Shown: positions 38,901 to 53,900 of the stretch, piece by piece
Position numbering within the stretch: position 1 is the first letter of the stretch
How the letters are laid out: every line of letters begins with the position of its first letter
Source of the DNA: Balanoglossus misakiensis
Lineage: Eukaryota; Animalia; Hemichordata
Reading direction: 5' to 3'
Assembly: GCA_040954595.2 (NCBI GenBank)
Contig: CM082586.2
Location: 6,372,509-6,436,508, forward strand
DNA length: 64,000 nt
Translations under genes and position numbers: made by a program
Notes under the pieces: generated by a model
What the model saw: only the letters and a program-made list of their open reading frames with translations
What the model was told of the DNA's origin: nothing
The model's database searches: none

Positions 38901-41900
38901 TTTCAATGATTCCCACATGTACACGGATCCGCTATACACATTCTCCGATTCAGACGTCACTGTCGAGTTTCATTTCAAGATTAGCTCCGAGCAAGGAGAA
39001 TGCGGCACATTGCTCTCGTACACAAACAGAGAAACGCTTTCGGTGACCTACTGTCAGCCCTACTTTGTCGTGGACTACAGCTCAAAGTCAGCGGAGCTGT
39101 TCATGATAGTCACCAGGGATGTCTGGTACCAGATGTCGCTGGTATGGCAGTTGAGTTCACAGCTGATGAAGGTGTACGTCTTCGATCCGAACGACGCCCT
39201 GCAAGTGGAAACAGTAGATTTCAGCGATTATGGAAACGTGCTACATCCGGGCGGGATGTTGACAGTGGGACAGTGGACACCGGCACCGGACGCTTTGGCC
39301 GATCGCAAATACGAAGGCTTCATCGGCTGGATTGATGAAATGACGATATGGAAACAGAAGTACGAGCTCTCTGCCCTGAAGAACAGAAGGGGAATTTTCC
39401 AGGATTACAGCACCGATAGCCTGGCCAGTCTTTGGCGGTTCAACGAGGGTGAGGGTTTGATGGCACGTGATTCAGCATCCATTGGTAATATGTATATGGT
39501 TTCGGACCCATGGCGAAATCCAGAGTGGCTCTATTCTTCAACAAAGATTGCACGATCGTCATCCTACTCTGTGGTTTCAGAGTATGATGGTGTTTACTGG
39601 ACTTCAGATGCCCAAACCGAAATGGAGGACTACTGCAAAGCATTGATCTATGGTTCAGATCTTGGGGAACCCTGTGTATCCATCAGAATGGCAGATTTCT
39701 ACTATATAACTTGTCTGAAGGATGTGGCTAACAACAACGACCTTGACAAAGCCATGGAGGTCGTCCTGGCCTACTCTGACCAATGTACGTACCTGAACCA
39801 ACTGACTTACTGGCCTGCTCGATCATTCTGTCAAGAGTTCAATCCAAGACATTTCCCCATGTGGATCGGTGTACAGTGCGATGTGCTGTGTCCATCTGGA
39901 ACATCAGATGATCAAGACTCCGAGATCTGTGTCTGCTATCATGGATTCTGGGATGATGCGTGTGAACAACAGTGCCCAGGCAGTGCTTTCCATCCTTGCT
40001 CGGACAACGGCATATGCGGGCTGGACAATGGACTTTGTGACTGCGCAGCGAGAAGAGACAAAGCATCGCACTGTTCCGCGTGCTCTCCAGACTGGTTTGG
40101 AGAAGGCTGCATTTCCGCATCGGTCGCTCTCAAAGCCAACACAGAATCGTCTGTGTGCTCAGTGTTTACCTATTCGCACTTCACCATGTTCGACGGATCC
40201 ACCTACGACCTGCAGGCGCTGGGTGAATTCGTCGCCGTCAACTCGTCCCAGCTGTCGGTGTACGTGCGACAGGTTCCCTGCGGTGGAGAGAACACGTGCA
40301 TCAATCAAATATGGATTGAGACAGTGGATGCCAACTTGACCATTCATGCTCCGTACGACGACACCAGCTATGAAGTGGTATCGCTTGACGAGGAGGAGGT
40401 GCTGTTCGACAAATCCATCAGTGTGGGTGACACAGCAGTGCTGACAAGAACATCAACTCAAAACTACGAATTCAACCAGAACAGCATCAGTAACATCACT
40501 ATATCTGTGACTGCGAGATTCCTCACCATCCAGATGACAGTGCTGAAGGACGTGTGCGCAGTTTCTGAAGGAACGCTTTGTGGAAGCTGCGATGGCAACA
40601 GGGATAACGATTTCCAAGTCACCCAGGGCACCTACGTGAATCATGCAGATCTGACGTACACCGTCGTCAATTCTGACTTTGCTGACTTCTGCAGAGTGAG
40701 CGAATCAGTGGAAACGGCATTCAGGTACACATACAACACACACATAGAGGAACGCAGGGTCACTCCTGGTGGATACTCCTTACACTTCGATAACACACAT
40801 TGTGAGACCAAGTCCCTCGTCGACACCTTCCATCTGGAAGACGATGTCACCATTGAATTCCTAGTGAAGGTTTCCGGCACAACGCCGAACGGAGGCACAC
40901 TGCTTTCTTACGTTAACGTCAATCGCTTTGCCATAACTAACCACAACACACTGAACATTCACTATTCAACCGAGTCCATTGACACTGGAATTGTAACAGC
41001 AACAGATCAGTGGGTTCAAATATCGTTTGTGTACGTCCGATCGACCGGGCATTGCGCGTTTTACTATTTCAACGAGTTTGGAGAAATCAGTGGACAGTCA
41101 TACACCTTGATAGAAGGACTCTTCGTCCCAGGAGGAACAATGGCCTTGGGAATATGGCAACCTGGCGTGGGAGGTACCCCACCGGACTCTGACTTTGTTG
41201 GCGACATAGATGAACTCCGCGTCTGGAGAAGGTCGTTTGAGTACAACGGTATTAGACAAAATTACGAAATGAATGTACAACCTGATGTGAGTGGCCTCGG
41301 TGGCCTGTGGAAGTTCTCTGAAGGACGCGGAGATTTTGCTGATGATTTGGTCCATGGACATCATATGCGTATACCTACCAGCAAAGGTGCATTGTGGTAC
41401 CTGTCTGATGCCCCTGTTACCCATGGTCCTGTGCGTGACTACATTTACATTGCATCCTTGTTCACAGATGATGCAATTCGCCGAGAAGCTGAGTCTCAGT
41501 GCAGCGACGCAATATTATACAGCGACGTGTACCAGGGATGTGAATCTCTAGGTGTTGCCCTGGCTCAGTTCTATCAAGATGCGTGTCTTGTGGACATAGC
41601 ACATCAAGATTCAGTGTCAGCGTTAACATGGTCTGTAGAGTCCTACTCAGCGTTCTGCCAGGCCACACTCGAACTGCCGTTCTCTCCGATTGATCCCTGC
41701 AAGAACGATACGTCCTCACCCGGCTGCGAGTTGGAGTGTGTGTTTGGAACCCCGGATTTTGACACGAACACCTGCGTGTGCGACAGCGGCTTCTGGGGCG
41801 AATCCTGCACAGAGGTGTGCCCTGGTGGGACTCAGACACCGTGCAATGGACACGGCATGTGCATGGCCGAAACTGGCGTGTGCAGATGCGATGTCGGCTG

Positions 41901-44900
41901 GTCGGATGAAAGCAATTGCACGACCTGTGCACCGGGATGGGCTGGTGAAACCTGCACGATCAACACTGACCCTGGCGGTGATTATCAGACCAAAATCTGC
42001 AGCGCATTCGGTCAGGGCCACTTCAACATATTTGACGGAGCACGGTTTGATTTCAAAGAGATCGGGGAGTATTACTTGGCCAAGACTATCGACAGCACAT
42101 TTGCCGTTCAAATTAGAGTTCTACCATGCTACAATGATTCGGCATGCATAAGTGCAGCAGCCGTAATTTTCAACGATGAGACCATGATTGTCAGAGCTGG
42201 TTATACCACATCCAGCAGACTGCTCCTGTGGTCGGACGGACAGCGAATTGACTACGACGCCAAAACACACAGAACTAGCGAGTTTGTCTTTGATCATATC
42301 TCGACCGACGAATACATCATACGACTCACAGCAGTCGAGTTTCAGGTCAACATTCGAGTTGTTGACAGGCACATCAGCCTGACAACAAAGATGGTGAAAG
42401 ACTTGTGTTTGGATTTTGCTAGTGTGTGTGGATCGTGCGATGGCAACATCACAAACGACGTCACTGACATCGAGGAGGCCATATACACCGGTGTTTGGGA
42501 CGTGGACCCAGAGGACAGCCTGTTTGGACCCATATTCAACGGAGACGATTACAACGAACAGCCATATCCCACTGGTGCTGGCTATTGCATGCTCTTGGAT
42601 GGAAGCTACATGGCCTCTGACATTGTGAGTGGAGTATTCGATGGGAACGATGATGTAACGGTAGAATTTTTAGTGAAAGCTGGGCAGAGTGGGGTGATCT
42701 TCTCCTACAGTTCCCAGACAGCAATTACTCTCATCACTGAGGGTACAGTGAAGGTTTTCATCGACTCCATCACTTTTGATACTGGACTCCTCCTGGAAAT
42801 GGATTACTGGAATCACGTTGCCATTGTGTGGAAGCGACACATTGGGCAAGTCTACATCTATATCATTAGCGCAGATGGTACTGTGAACTACTACACATTC
42901 CATACCTCTGTGGTCGTATTCGGTGTCGATGGCACCATCAGCTTTGGAGCGTGGCAACCGTCACTTGATGAGACAGTCACTAAGCCAACAGAGCTCGTGT
43001 TCATAGGAGAGATTGATGAAGTCAGGATTTGGAGGAGAGCGCTGACATCGCTTGAAGTTGAACAGAGTTGGCACTTGAATATCTTACCAGGAGCTGCAGG
43101 ACTTGCGTCACTGTGGAAGTTTAATGAAGGCCAGGGAGACGTGATCTACGATTTGGTGGGAAGTGCTCATTTTACATTGATAAAGCAGAGCTGGCACATA
43201 AGCTATCCCAGGTGGAGGTTCTCATATGCTCCAATCAGTCTCCTGGAAGTGAAGTACACCTATGTTTTCACCAGTACCGATCAAGAACTGTCCATCTACG
43301 ACCATTGCACGGAAGTCATTAGAACATCTGACATAGCCAGCGAGTGCAGTGACCTCAGCTCAAACACATTTGACTTCTACTTCAAGGCTTGCCAGTTTGA
43401 TATGGGATGGTCCGGAGGCTACTATGGCTCCTTCGCAGTGACCACTTCCCTGTCAGATTACTGTTACGTGGCACTCAATCCAGCAGAATGGCCGGCAAAG
43501 ACGATGTGCAATGATTTCCCGGGGATACCATTCCCGATATGGTCCGGCACCACATGTGACACAGTATGTTACTTTCCGGGATCCAGTGCTTCGGAAGATG
43601 GTGCCTGTATCTGTGCTGCTGGATACTGGGGTGATGAGTGCGATTCTGTCTGCAGAGGAGGAACAGTCAGCCCCTGTGGAAACCATGGCTCCTGCAAGAC
43701 GGGCACTGGCGACTGTGAATGCGAGGACAACTGGCAGGGAAATGCCGAGTGCTCAGCTTGTACCACAGACTGGCAAGGCAGCGACTGCTCACTATCTCTG
43801 ACCCCATTCGACCCTGCCGACACCATACGTCACTGCTACGTCTCCAGCAGTGGGTTCTTCACGCTGTTTGATGGAGCGAGCGTGGCGTTCCGAGAGAGTG
43901 GAGAATACCTGATGTACAGGGAGGAAGCTGGGGGTGTACAAGTCAATCTCCTGCAAACAGCGTGCAATAACCAAGAGGTCTGCACGGTATCAGTGGCTGT
44001 CAAAACCGACGACTTTGTCTTTGTGATCGATGCCTCAACACAGGAGGAATACGAACCGACAGTCTGGCTGAACGGTGACATCATCAACCCTGGAAAAGAT
44101 CTCCAGATTTCATCCGACTACCAGCTGATCAGGAAGTCACTTGAAATATTTGAAATTAGCGGGCCTAATGGCTTCCTGCTGAAACTTTTCATGGGAGGCG
44201 TGTACTTCAATGTCTACTTTGACGTCTCCACATCCAAATGTGGACTGTCAACTGGAATATGTGGGCCCTGCGAGAAACAGGAAGGTGCGTGCGATGATGG
44301 CGACGATCTGTGTTGGATGAAACATCTCGGACTTGCAGAGTTCTCTAGACGCTATACAATCCACCACCAGCTCATCTACCAGTACTGCGCCAGTTGGAAT
44401 GTCAACACCACATATACGATTTTCCCAGAGAGTTTCCGGGATGTCACTGCCGGCTACGGATTACGCTTCAACAACTCCGGCTTGATATCCCTTCCGATTC
44501 CGGGGTATCTTCTCGAGTCTGAACATTTGACTTTGCAGTTTTACACCAAGATCACTGTGACTGCTGGAACCTTGCTCTCGTACACCCGACAGTCTACCTT
44601 TTCAATATCTATCGCAAATCAAAGGTTCTGCCTGCATTTTGGAAGCACGGTGATTGAAACAGACATAGTGGTGGAGATCAACATCTGGATACAGATATCT
44701 ATAGTGTACTACACGTCTATAGGACGCATAGAATTCTTCTGTATTGATCCTACTGGAACAGTCTACTACAGATACTACCATATAGGCATTGGCGTCTTCA
44801 TACCTGAAGGCTCGATAGGCCTGGGGACCTGGCAGCTTCCTCCAGATGGTACAGGACAGGGACCACCTGGATACTTTGTTGGTGATATTGATGGCCTTGT

Positions 44901-47900
44901 GATATGGAAGAAACGACTAAGAACTGTGGATGTCGTCAGCAGCTGGAGGAAGACACTGAGCAGATACGAAGCCGACCTCTCAAATCTGTGGAATTTCGAC
45001 CGTGGGTATGGCACTGTTGCCTACGACTTGGTCTCCCTCATAGACTTCACCTTCCCAACTTCGGTCAGCGTGCCGGGTTGGTGTTTGTCTGGAGCTGGAC
45101 TCACAACGATTACAACTCGGAGATCGTACACAACCGTGGTGAAGTTCAGCGATCCGTCTTTGGAAAGTGAGGCCCACGCAGCCTGCCACAGTTTAATATT
45201 CAGTGGCACCATGCATACGCAGTGCGGAAGTCTGACAGCAACTGCGTCTTATTACTTCGTGCTGTGCCTGACAGATGTCGCAATGTCTGGCAACCTGAAC
45301 CAGAGCATGGACGCTGTTTTGTCCTTTTCTGCACAGTGCGAGAAAGTCCTGAACCTTCCCTCGCCGCCTTCGCAAGACCTCTGCAACGACTTCCCGGACC
45401 GGCACTTCCCGATCTACGGCGGCGACAACTGCCAGAAGAAGTGTTACTTCGGCGTCTTCACGGACGGAGTGTGCACGTGCCACAGGGGCTACTGGGGAGA
45501 CGAGTGCGATAAGGTCTGCCCTGGTGGAGGACCGCAGAACCCCTGCAATGGACACGGGGTGTGCGTCTCACAGACCGGGCAGTGTGACTGTGACGACAGG
45601 TGGGACGGAGACAGCCTCTGTGGGTCCTGCACGGATGGATGGACAGGAGGAGACTGCTCAATCCTGGTGCCTGTGCTGCCTGAAAATCACCCACTCCTCT
45701 GTACAGCCAGGTCAGGATCCTTCATCAACTTCGATGACCGAGCATTTGACTTCAAGGAACCGGATGTTATCCAGTTAATCAAAGCAGAAGGAGTTGAAGT
45801 ACAGGTAAGCCATACAAGCCATCCACCAACTTTTAAAATGTTGTGAAACATTTTTATTTGCACGACTTCTTACCCATTGTTTTGAATTTGGAGACTAGCC
45901 CAAACTGAATGTTGCATGTTGTTTAAGTTCTGTTCCTGTCTTTCCTGCAGATAAAGCAAACAGTCTGTCGAGATGATGACATTTGCATCGATGCAGTCGG
46001 AATACTGTTCTTTGAAGATGTTGTAACAATCCACCACAATGGAGAAGGAAAATCTACCTCCTATTTGAATTATGACAAGTCTACCTTTTACAACTCCCGC
46101 CAGATTGAGACTGATGGCGGGTGTTCGCTGATGGTTGTCATGTACTCCCCGAGCTTCTACATGATGACCATACCTGAAATTGGACTCGTCCTCCAAGTCT
46201 CTGTCATGTCGTCTCGCATGGTTGTCAACTTTGAGATATCCTCGGATTTCTGCTGTAGCAGCGACTTTCTGGGAATCTGCGGCCCGTGCGAATTCTGCTC
46301 GGGCATCACAACACCTCCGTTGTGCAGCAGCAGCACCCAACGTAAACGCCGAGCAGTGGATGACAACGTGGCCAGCAACTCCACAGAACCTGTACCCATT
46401 GTGATTGAAGACGACGACAACAACGAGGAAATTCACGAGAAATGCGAGATGGCCATCGTCAACCCTGGAATGTTCAGAGAAGACAATGAAACCGGTTTCA
46501 ATCCGAACATCGAGTCCGGAGCGGGGCATTGCGTTTTCCTGGATCACACCCATCTGGGCGCCGACAATGTAAATTTCATCCTGGGAACATACACAACAGT
46601 CGAGTTCCTCGTCAAAGCCTGTAATCCAAACACTTGCGGTGGAACGATCCTGTCCTACAGCGGATCGAGTACCTTCTTCATCACAAATGAATTCGGCCCA
46701 CTGACACTCCACTTTGGCGACTACAACTACACAACAGACATTCATCTAGATGTTGATGTATGGAACCAGATTTCACTGGTGTGGGACCACGCAGCGAGCG
46801 TTCTCAACCTGTATGTCTTCGACCAGTATGGAACGGTACGCAGACAGGTGATTCACTTCAGCGGAGATATATTCCTTCCTGGTGGTACGTTCTACATTGG
46901 AAACTGGCAAGCCTCTCCGGATGGCACCGGCTTTCAACCGTCTGGAACATTTGTCGGATACATCGATGAACTGAGAATTTGGGAAAGGTAAGTTATCACA
47001 TGGTTCATAATATGTTCTTTGATATCAAATGACGTCAGACGCGCTCAGGCGGCAGTTACGTTCGCATTCAAATTTCCAGATGACGGGCAACTTCTTAATA
47101 TTGCAACTGTAAACTGTATCATCTGATTTGTTTCCTTTAGAATCTTTGACAACTTTGAAATACAACAGAACTGGAATATCAGTGTGCAACCAGGGGCACC
47201 AGACCTGACAGCAATCTGGAAATTCAATGACGGAGAAGGTAAGTGTACATGTACCATATAATAAAACAAATTAATCTAATTTAAGCCAATGTCAAGTATG
47301 AAATTTCATGCAAATAAAATTCATCATGATAGCTATTTGTTTCTCACTTCATTATAGCCATGTGTTTCCCAGCTTATCTTAACTGTTCATTATTTTTCAC
47401 TCTTAACAGGTGATATCCTGTATGATTCTGTGTCGAATATTCCGTTATACCTGAGAGCTTCACCAGCATCATCAGCAACCCCTGAAATATGGTACTCTGA
47501 TGCCCCAGTACCTCTTCCACGATCTATCACTGGTGGCTCTAGCTCATCATCAACACCAGTGGATCCTAATCACTGGGCAATAGACTACTGCTACAGTTTA
47601 TTCTTTACGGGACCTTTGTACAGGTAAAATAAATTTTGAGTTCGTGTAATTACTTCAATGACATTTCATACAAATTTGTTGATTTAAATTATTATTCTCG
47701 TTTTTAATTTTTTGAATTCTAAAACAATGTGGTAAACAGTTAGCAATTACATTAAAGTAACACTAACAGACGGAGTGTCTAGTGATACTGGTAGTCTGGT
47801 ACCCATCAGAAAAAAATCTCAGGGAATTGTGTACGTGATCCATGTGTATGTGATCCATTCTCCAACAATGGTGATTCCTGCTGTTTCTATAATTAGAATA

Positions 47901-50900
47901 AATGTCAAAGTCTGATTTCTGTTTTTGCAGCAATTACTATATAGCTCTTTGTTTGTCTCACCTCTTATGTCACAACCTGCTCATATAGGGAGCAACTATT
48001 TAATTTGCAAAAGGGAATTAACTAACATTGATTTTGCTTTTCCTTCTACAGTGACTGTGCCTCACTTGGTGACAGTTTGATCACCAGCTACTATGATACA
48101 TGTGTTGCCGATGTGATTAGCTCAAACAGCACAGAAGATGCCATGGAGATGGTGTTGGACCTGTCAGCGTACTGCCGAATGATTCTTGATCTACCCCACT
48201 CTCCTGCCCAGCCGCTCTGCAATGCGTTTGGCGACCAGGACTTCCCTGGTTGGATCGGCGAAGATTGCTCAATCCCTTGTGAGTTCGGCGCCGGTGACCC
48301 CGCTGATCCCAGCTCCTGCGTTTGTCTGAACGGCTTCTGGGGTGCTGCGTGCAACCAGACGTGCCCGGGTGGTGTCGAGAGCCCGTGCAATGTCGTCGGA
48401 CGATGTCTCGCGGAAACCGGGCTGTGCGAGTGCCCGGACAACTGGCAAGGCAACGAGAACTGCACTGAATGCTCACCGGGCTGGTACGGTCAAGACTGTT
48501 CCTTCAATAGCATTTACACAGCTGTGGACATCCAGCCGACCACCCGAGTGGCGAGTGTGCTCAGCCTCTCCCAGCTGACGACGTTCAGCGGAGCCACCTT
48601 GGTGCACTACTCTGTTGGCGAGTTCTACTTCCTGCGGGTGCTTGACTACCAATTGGTGGTGCAGGTCAAATTCGTCAGATGCTACGGCTCGTATTCCTGC
48701 GTCAAATACCTGGGCGTCAGATTCGGTGATTACACCCATGGATTCGTAGAGCTGACATTCAGAAGTCCCACAACTACCGGTGGCTGCCCGAGGACAATAA
48801 TTAACGGAGAGGAGACAGTGATCGACACCCGACTTGAGTTTGGTTTATCTGGTTACGTCATTGAAAGGCTCTCGTACGATGAGATCAGAGTTCTTGGACC
48901 CAGCAACTTTAGGCTGTTGGTACGAACATCCGGCATGTACCTCATCATTAACACTGATGTCCTGGATACATTCTGCAACATAGCTGTGGGAGCTTTGGTC
49001 GGTAACTGCTGCAGTAATCTGACTGAGGCAGCTGGCATATCCCTGGAACAGCCTGAGAATGAACCCCTTGACTTGTGCAACAGTAACTATCCCGTACAAG
49101 AACCATCACCGATGCTTGGCACTCCTTACGAATTCGCAGATGGTGCACATAACGACAGCTGCATAGATGATCCCAATGAGGACATGTCCCAAGATGACGT
49201 GAATCTGTACATGAACCACTGGAGAGTCGACCACTGCGACTCCGTGATTGACTACCCGAGCGACGAGGCGGCGCTTCAGACAACTGCCGGCTACTGCTTG
49301 AGATTCCGTTACACATCCATAAGTCCGGAAACGTATACCTTCTTAACCATGACTGTGGACGTCACCATAGAGATGCGAGTCCGATGCACAAACCCACAGC
49401 GCCACTGCGGGGCGGTGTTCTCGTACACCAACAAACACACGTTTGCCCTCATCATCGAGGAAGTGCTCATCATCTCGCACGACGGCGCTGCCTACTACAC
49501 AACTCTGCAGATTGAGGTCGGAAAGTGGAACAAGATTGTGCTCGTGTACAACGACAAGGCAGAAAAACTCAACGTCTACTGCTTCACGGCTAAAGGCCTG
49601 ATCAAACGCCAGGAAATTTCAATCAAGTTGACCATTCACGATGCACCCGGCTCGTTCGCCATCGGACAGTGGCAGCCCCAACCCGATTCGCTGTCCCAGA
49701 TCCCCATCCCACACTTCGATGGCGACATAGATGAGTTCAGAATCTGGGACACGGTATTTGACCCGGTGGCAGTTCAAGAAATGTGGAACAGCAAGTTGCC
49801 ACCTGGCACGCAACATCTGCACCACTATTGGCCGATGGATGACGAGGAAGGTGACGTGAGCAGAGATGCCATAGACCTGACAGATCTGATGCTGCCAAAT
49901 GATCCTTGGCCTAGACCGGAATGGCAGCCATCTGATATAGCACTCCCTGACTATGTGCTACCAGGCCCATTTGACTTGACCTTTGATGATGAAGATTTGG
50001 AGAACGCAGCCCACGTGGAATGCAGTCTCCTGATTCGCTCCACTCCGCTCGCAGATGATTGCAAAGACCTGGGGAAAGCAGTGTTCGATTCCTATTTCAC
50101 AGCGTGCCTGAGGGCTATAGCTTCCACCAGAAATATCACCTTGGCATATGAAGTGGCGTTCACCTTCTCCGATGTGTGTCAGTCCGCTCTGAATCTGACC
50201 TACTGGCCAGCTCACCCGTACTGCGCGGATGTGCCTAACATGCGTAGAGGAACTCAGTGCAAGGACGACTGTGTGTTCGGTTACAAGACGTCTGCTGGCG
50301 AGTGCATATGCTACCCTGGCTTCCATGGAGAAGAGTGCACTGGCGTCTGTCCTGGCAACTCCCTCCATCCCTGCAGCGACCACGGACTATGTGAAGGCAA
50401 CTACTGTGTGTGTGACATCAACTGGAGGGGAAGTGATGACTGTGGCGTGTGTGGCATTGACTGGCTGGGAAACGACTGCACCCTGGCTGTGTATATACTG
50501 CAGTATAATGTCTACATCCAGCGCACCTACTTCATTGCAAGTGTTTCCACGTACACAAGATACATCGGTTTTGACGGGGTCAGTTTCTATCTCGGCAACG
50601 TGGGAGAGTTTTACCTTCTGAAACTCAGCATCGGTGTCCACATTCAAGTACGACAGGTGCCATGCTATTACAGTTCGACATGTTTGAATTCGATCGCTCT
50701 GAAAATTGCAACCACAACTGTGATCATTCAAGCACCATCTGATACCAATGAAAGACCTGGACTGTGGATTAACGGACGAACAATGGCACTCAACGAAGAA
50801 AAAACATACATCACTGGCACAAATTGGTTCATCATCACGATCTCTGACTATGAGTGGGAAGTTCACAGCTCAGAAACCAATGCTTTGGTCCTCTTCATCA

Positions 50901-53900
50901 GATTTATAGGTATACACATGCAAGTCAGTGTCAACGCTCCAAAAACCATGTGTGAAACATCATCAGGCCTTCTTGGCAACTGCAACAATCTGCCAAATGA
51001 TGACATCTTTCCAATGAACAGCACTATACCACTGAATGATACATCTCAAGATTATCTGGACAAAGGCTTGGCTGAGTGGTGGAGAGTACCTGAAGAAGAC
51101 AGCCTCTTTGTAATTGACACAGATGTCTACTTTGATGTGGAATTGACTGGAGGCGTGTACATGTTGTATTTTGACAGCACAAGTGTAATGACCAAGCCAC
51201 TGACATACGCTTTTGCAGAGACGCTACTGAACACTGATATCACTATTGAATTCCTTGTGAGACCAATGCTGACGGGTGGTGTCATGTTATCCTATGGCTT
51301 GGAGTACACGTTCGCAATCACCAATGATGTCACCATAAAGATATACCATGGTCTCCAAGTCTTTGATACAAACGTAGCCAACGTCATCGGCGAATGGAAT
51401 CACATAGCTATTATCGTGTACAGCCATAAGAAGACCTTGGAATTCATACACAAAGAACCTGGTGGACGGGTGAGCAGACAAAGCTTTTTGATTGAAACAA
51501 GTGAGCTACTACAGGCAGGCGGTGTCTTGTCGCTCGGACACTGGCAAGCAGCACCGCAAATGGGAGTGGGGTTCGTCAATGCCACGTTCGTCGGCGAGCT
51601 GGACGAGTTGAGGATCTGGAACCGCTCTGTCACTCCGGCATTCCTGGAGCAATCGACCAAACTCAACGTACAGGTTAAAGACCACCCGACGGAGCTATCG
51701 GGACTGTACAAGTTCAATTCCGGAGAAGGCTCGCTGGGAAAGGACCTGCAGAATATGAACGACCTGCTGCTCCCAGGTGGATCCTGGAAGAAGCCCATTT
51801 GGAAACCATCAGATGTGGACATACCGCTCGTAATTGACAAGCCGTTTGCGACAGACTTCAGTAATGACACCTTTGAATCACTCGCAGTATCAGTCTGTGT
51901 AGCTGTGAACGGATCTTTGGGAATTGCCGGACACTGTGGCGATGTTTCGCAGGCTGTGGTGGACTTCTACTATATGACCTGCCTGACAATGGTAACAACA
52001 ACTGGCAGCATAGAGGTTGCGTTCGACGTTTTGGCAACATTCAGTGATTACTGTGAATTGCTTGAGGATTTAGACTACTCCCCACTGAAGACGATCTGCA
52101 GTGGACTTCTCCAATACAGCCCACCACAGTGGTTTATCCAGTTCTGTTCCATGTGTACATTCGGACTGCCAGTGGATGAGAACACCTGTCTTTGCCCGTC
52201 TGGCTACTGGGGCAGTGACTGCTCTAATGTTTGCCCGGGTGGGCAATCAACACCATGCCACCATCACGGAGACTGTGATACATCAGGGTTGTGCAGCTGT
52301 GTAGTCAACTGGAATGGTGATACTGAATGTGGTCTGTGCGCAACCAGCTGGACTGGTGGTGACTGCAGCATCGTCATCGGTGATCTCCAACCATCAACGC
52401 CCTCAGTGACCTATCTGTATGGTGGGGTCACTGTACGTGGAAAGGTCGCCACCATCGGTGGAATCTCATTGTACATCTCAAATCCTGGTTGGTTCAACAT
52501 TATCGCTTATCTCCACCAGAGTATTTCTGTCAGTGTCCGGTATTCCACCTGCGTTCAGCATAGTGATTTCACCCTTGGGTTCGACACAGTGGTAATCCAT
52601 CATGGCTCGACTGAATTGGTCATCAGGGCATCACTGTACTCACGAACTGTATATGAACCCTACTTCTGGCTAAACAAGAAGCTTATTCTAATCGACCATG
52701 AGAAAATCATCAATCAAGACTTCCACATCCTACGCATTGGTATTGACCGTTTCCAGATCACCATGAATAGTCTGGGCCTGACGTTGTACATCACAGGCTA
52801 CTACCAGCATTTAGAGATCAACCTTGGAGTTCCGAAATCTGTCTGCAGTTCTGGAGAGTTCTCAGGACTCTTAATGAGTTGCCAGACAATAGAAGATCTA
52901 GAAGACCAGTATTGTGACTCTGCCGTGAGCAATAGCACAACTGACTGCAGGAACAACATAACCCAAGCAGTGATTGACGACTTCACGGATGACTTCAGAG
53001 AATCGGGACCAAACTACAGCGGCTATGAAAGTTACCATCAGATCCTACCACTGACAGGGGCCGGGTTTGCTCTGCACTTCAGGGACAGCCTGGTTATCAG
53101 TTCTCCCTTCACACTTCCCCGTGCAAGGTTCACTCTTGAACTGCTGGTCCGAATTGAAGTCAGCAGTGGAACCATCCTGTCTTTTGCATCAGATGTCATA
53201 CTGGCGTTATTCGTCAAAGATACAATGATATACATTCAGTATGGTGCAGATATATTCTCCACAGATCTGACCTTAGAACTCGGGTACTGGAATCAGATCA
53301 GCCTGCAGTGGATCGAAGTGACCGGAATACTGGAAATCTACTGTTTTGATACCCGTGGTAACGGAAGAGTCAGAGCAGTCAGGCTTGACAGCTCAGCTTT
53401 CCTCGCTGAAGGTACGTTAGCGCTGGGACAGTGGTATGCTGTTAATGATAAGACACAGTCTGCTCTCCCTGACTCAGCCTTTAGTGGTGTGATTGATGAG
53501 CTCCGCATCTGGGACAGGGATCCCAATCCTTCCCTGATAACCGGCACCTGGATGGACAACGTCTTGGAGGATGCGGAAGACTTGGCGCACTTGTGGAAAA
53601 TGAACGATGGCGACGGGGAGACCGTGAGAGACAACAGGAATGGAAGTGATCTGCAGATGCCGAAATGGAATGCGCCAAAGTGGCGACTGCCAGAGATGAA
53701 TATGACAATGCCATTGGATCCTCCCTTGACAAACCCAGTGTTTGTGGACAAAGACTTACAATACGATGCTGAAGTGAAATGTAACCGTATGTTCTTCACT
53801 GGACACCTGTACGTTACATGTCTACCCCTTGGTCTTGCAGTGATCGACTCATACTATCTGCAGTGCCTAAGCGATGTAGCATACTACAGACATATAGATG

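Noticed and set aside
24931-41334. Three RGD tripeptides (24931, 30482, 41326)
   Set aside because: A few are expected by chance in a Gly-rich 15,000-aa protein, and none recurs at the equivalent position in sister repeats.
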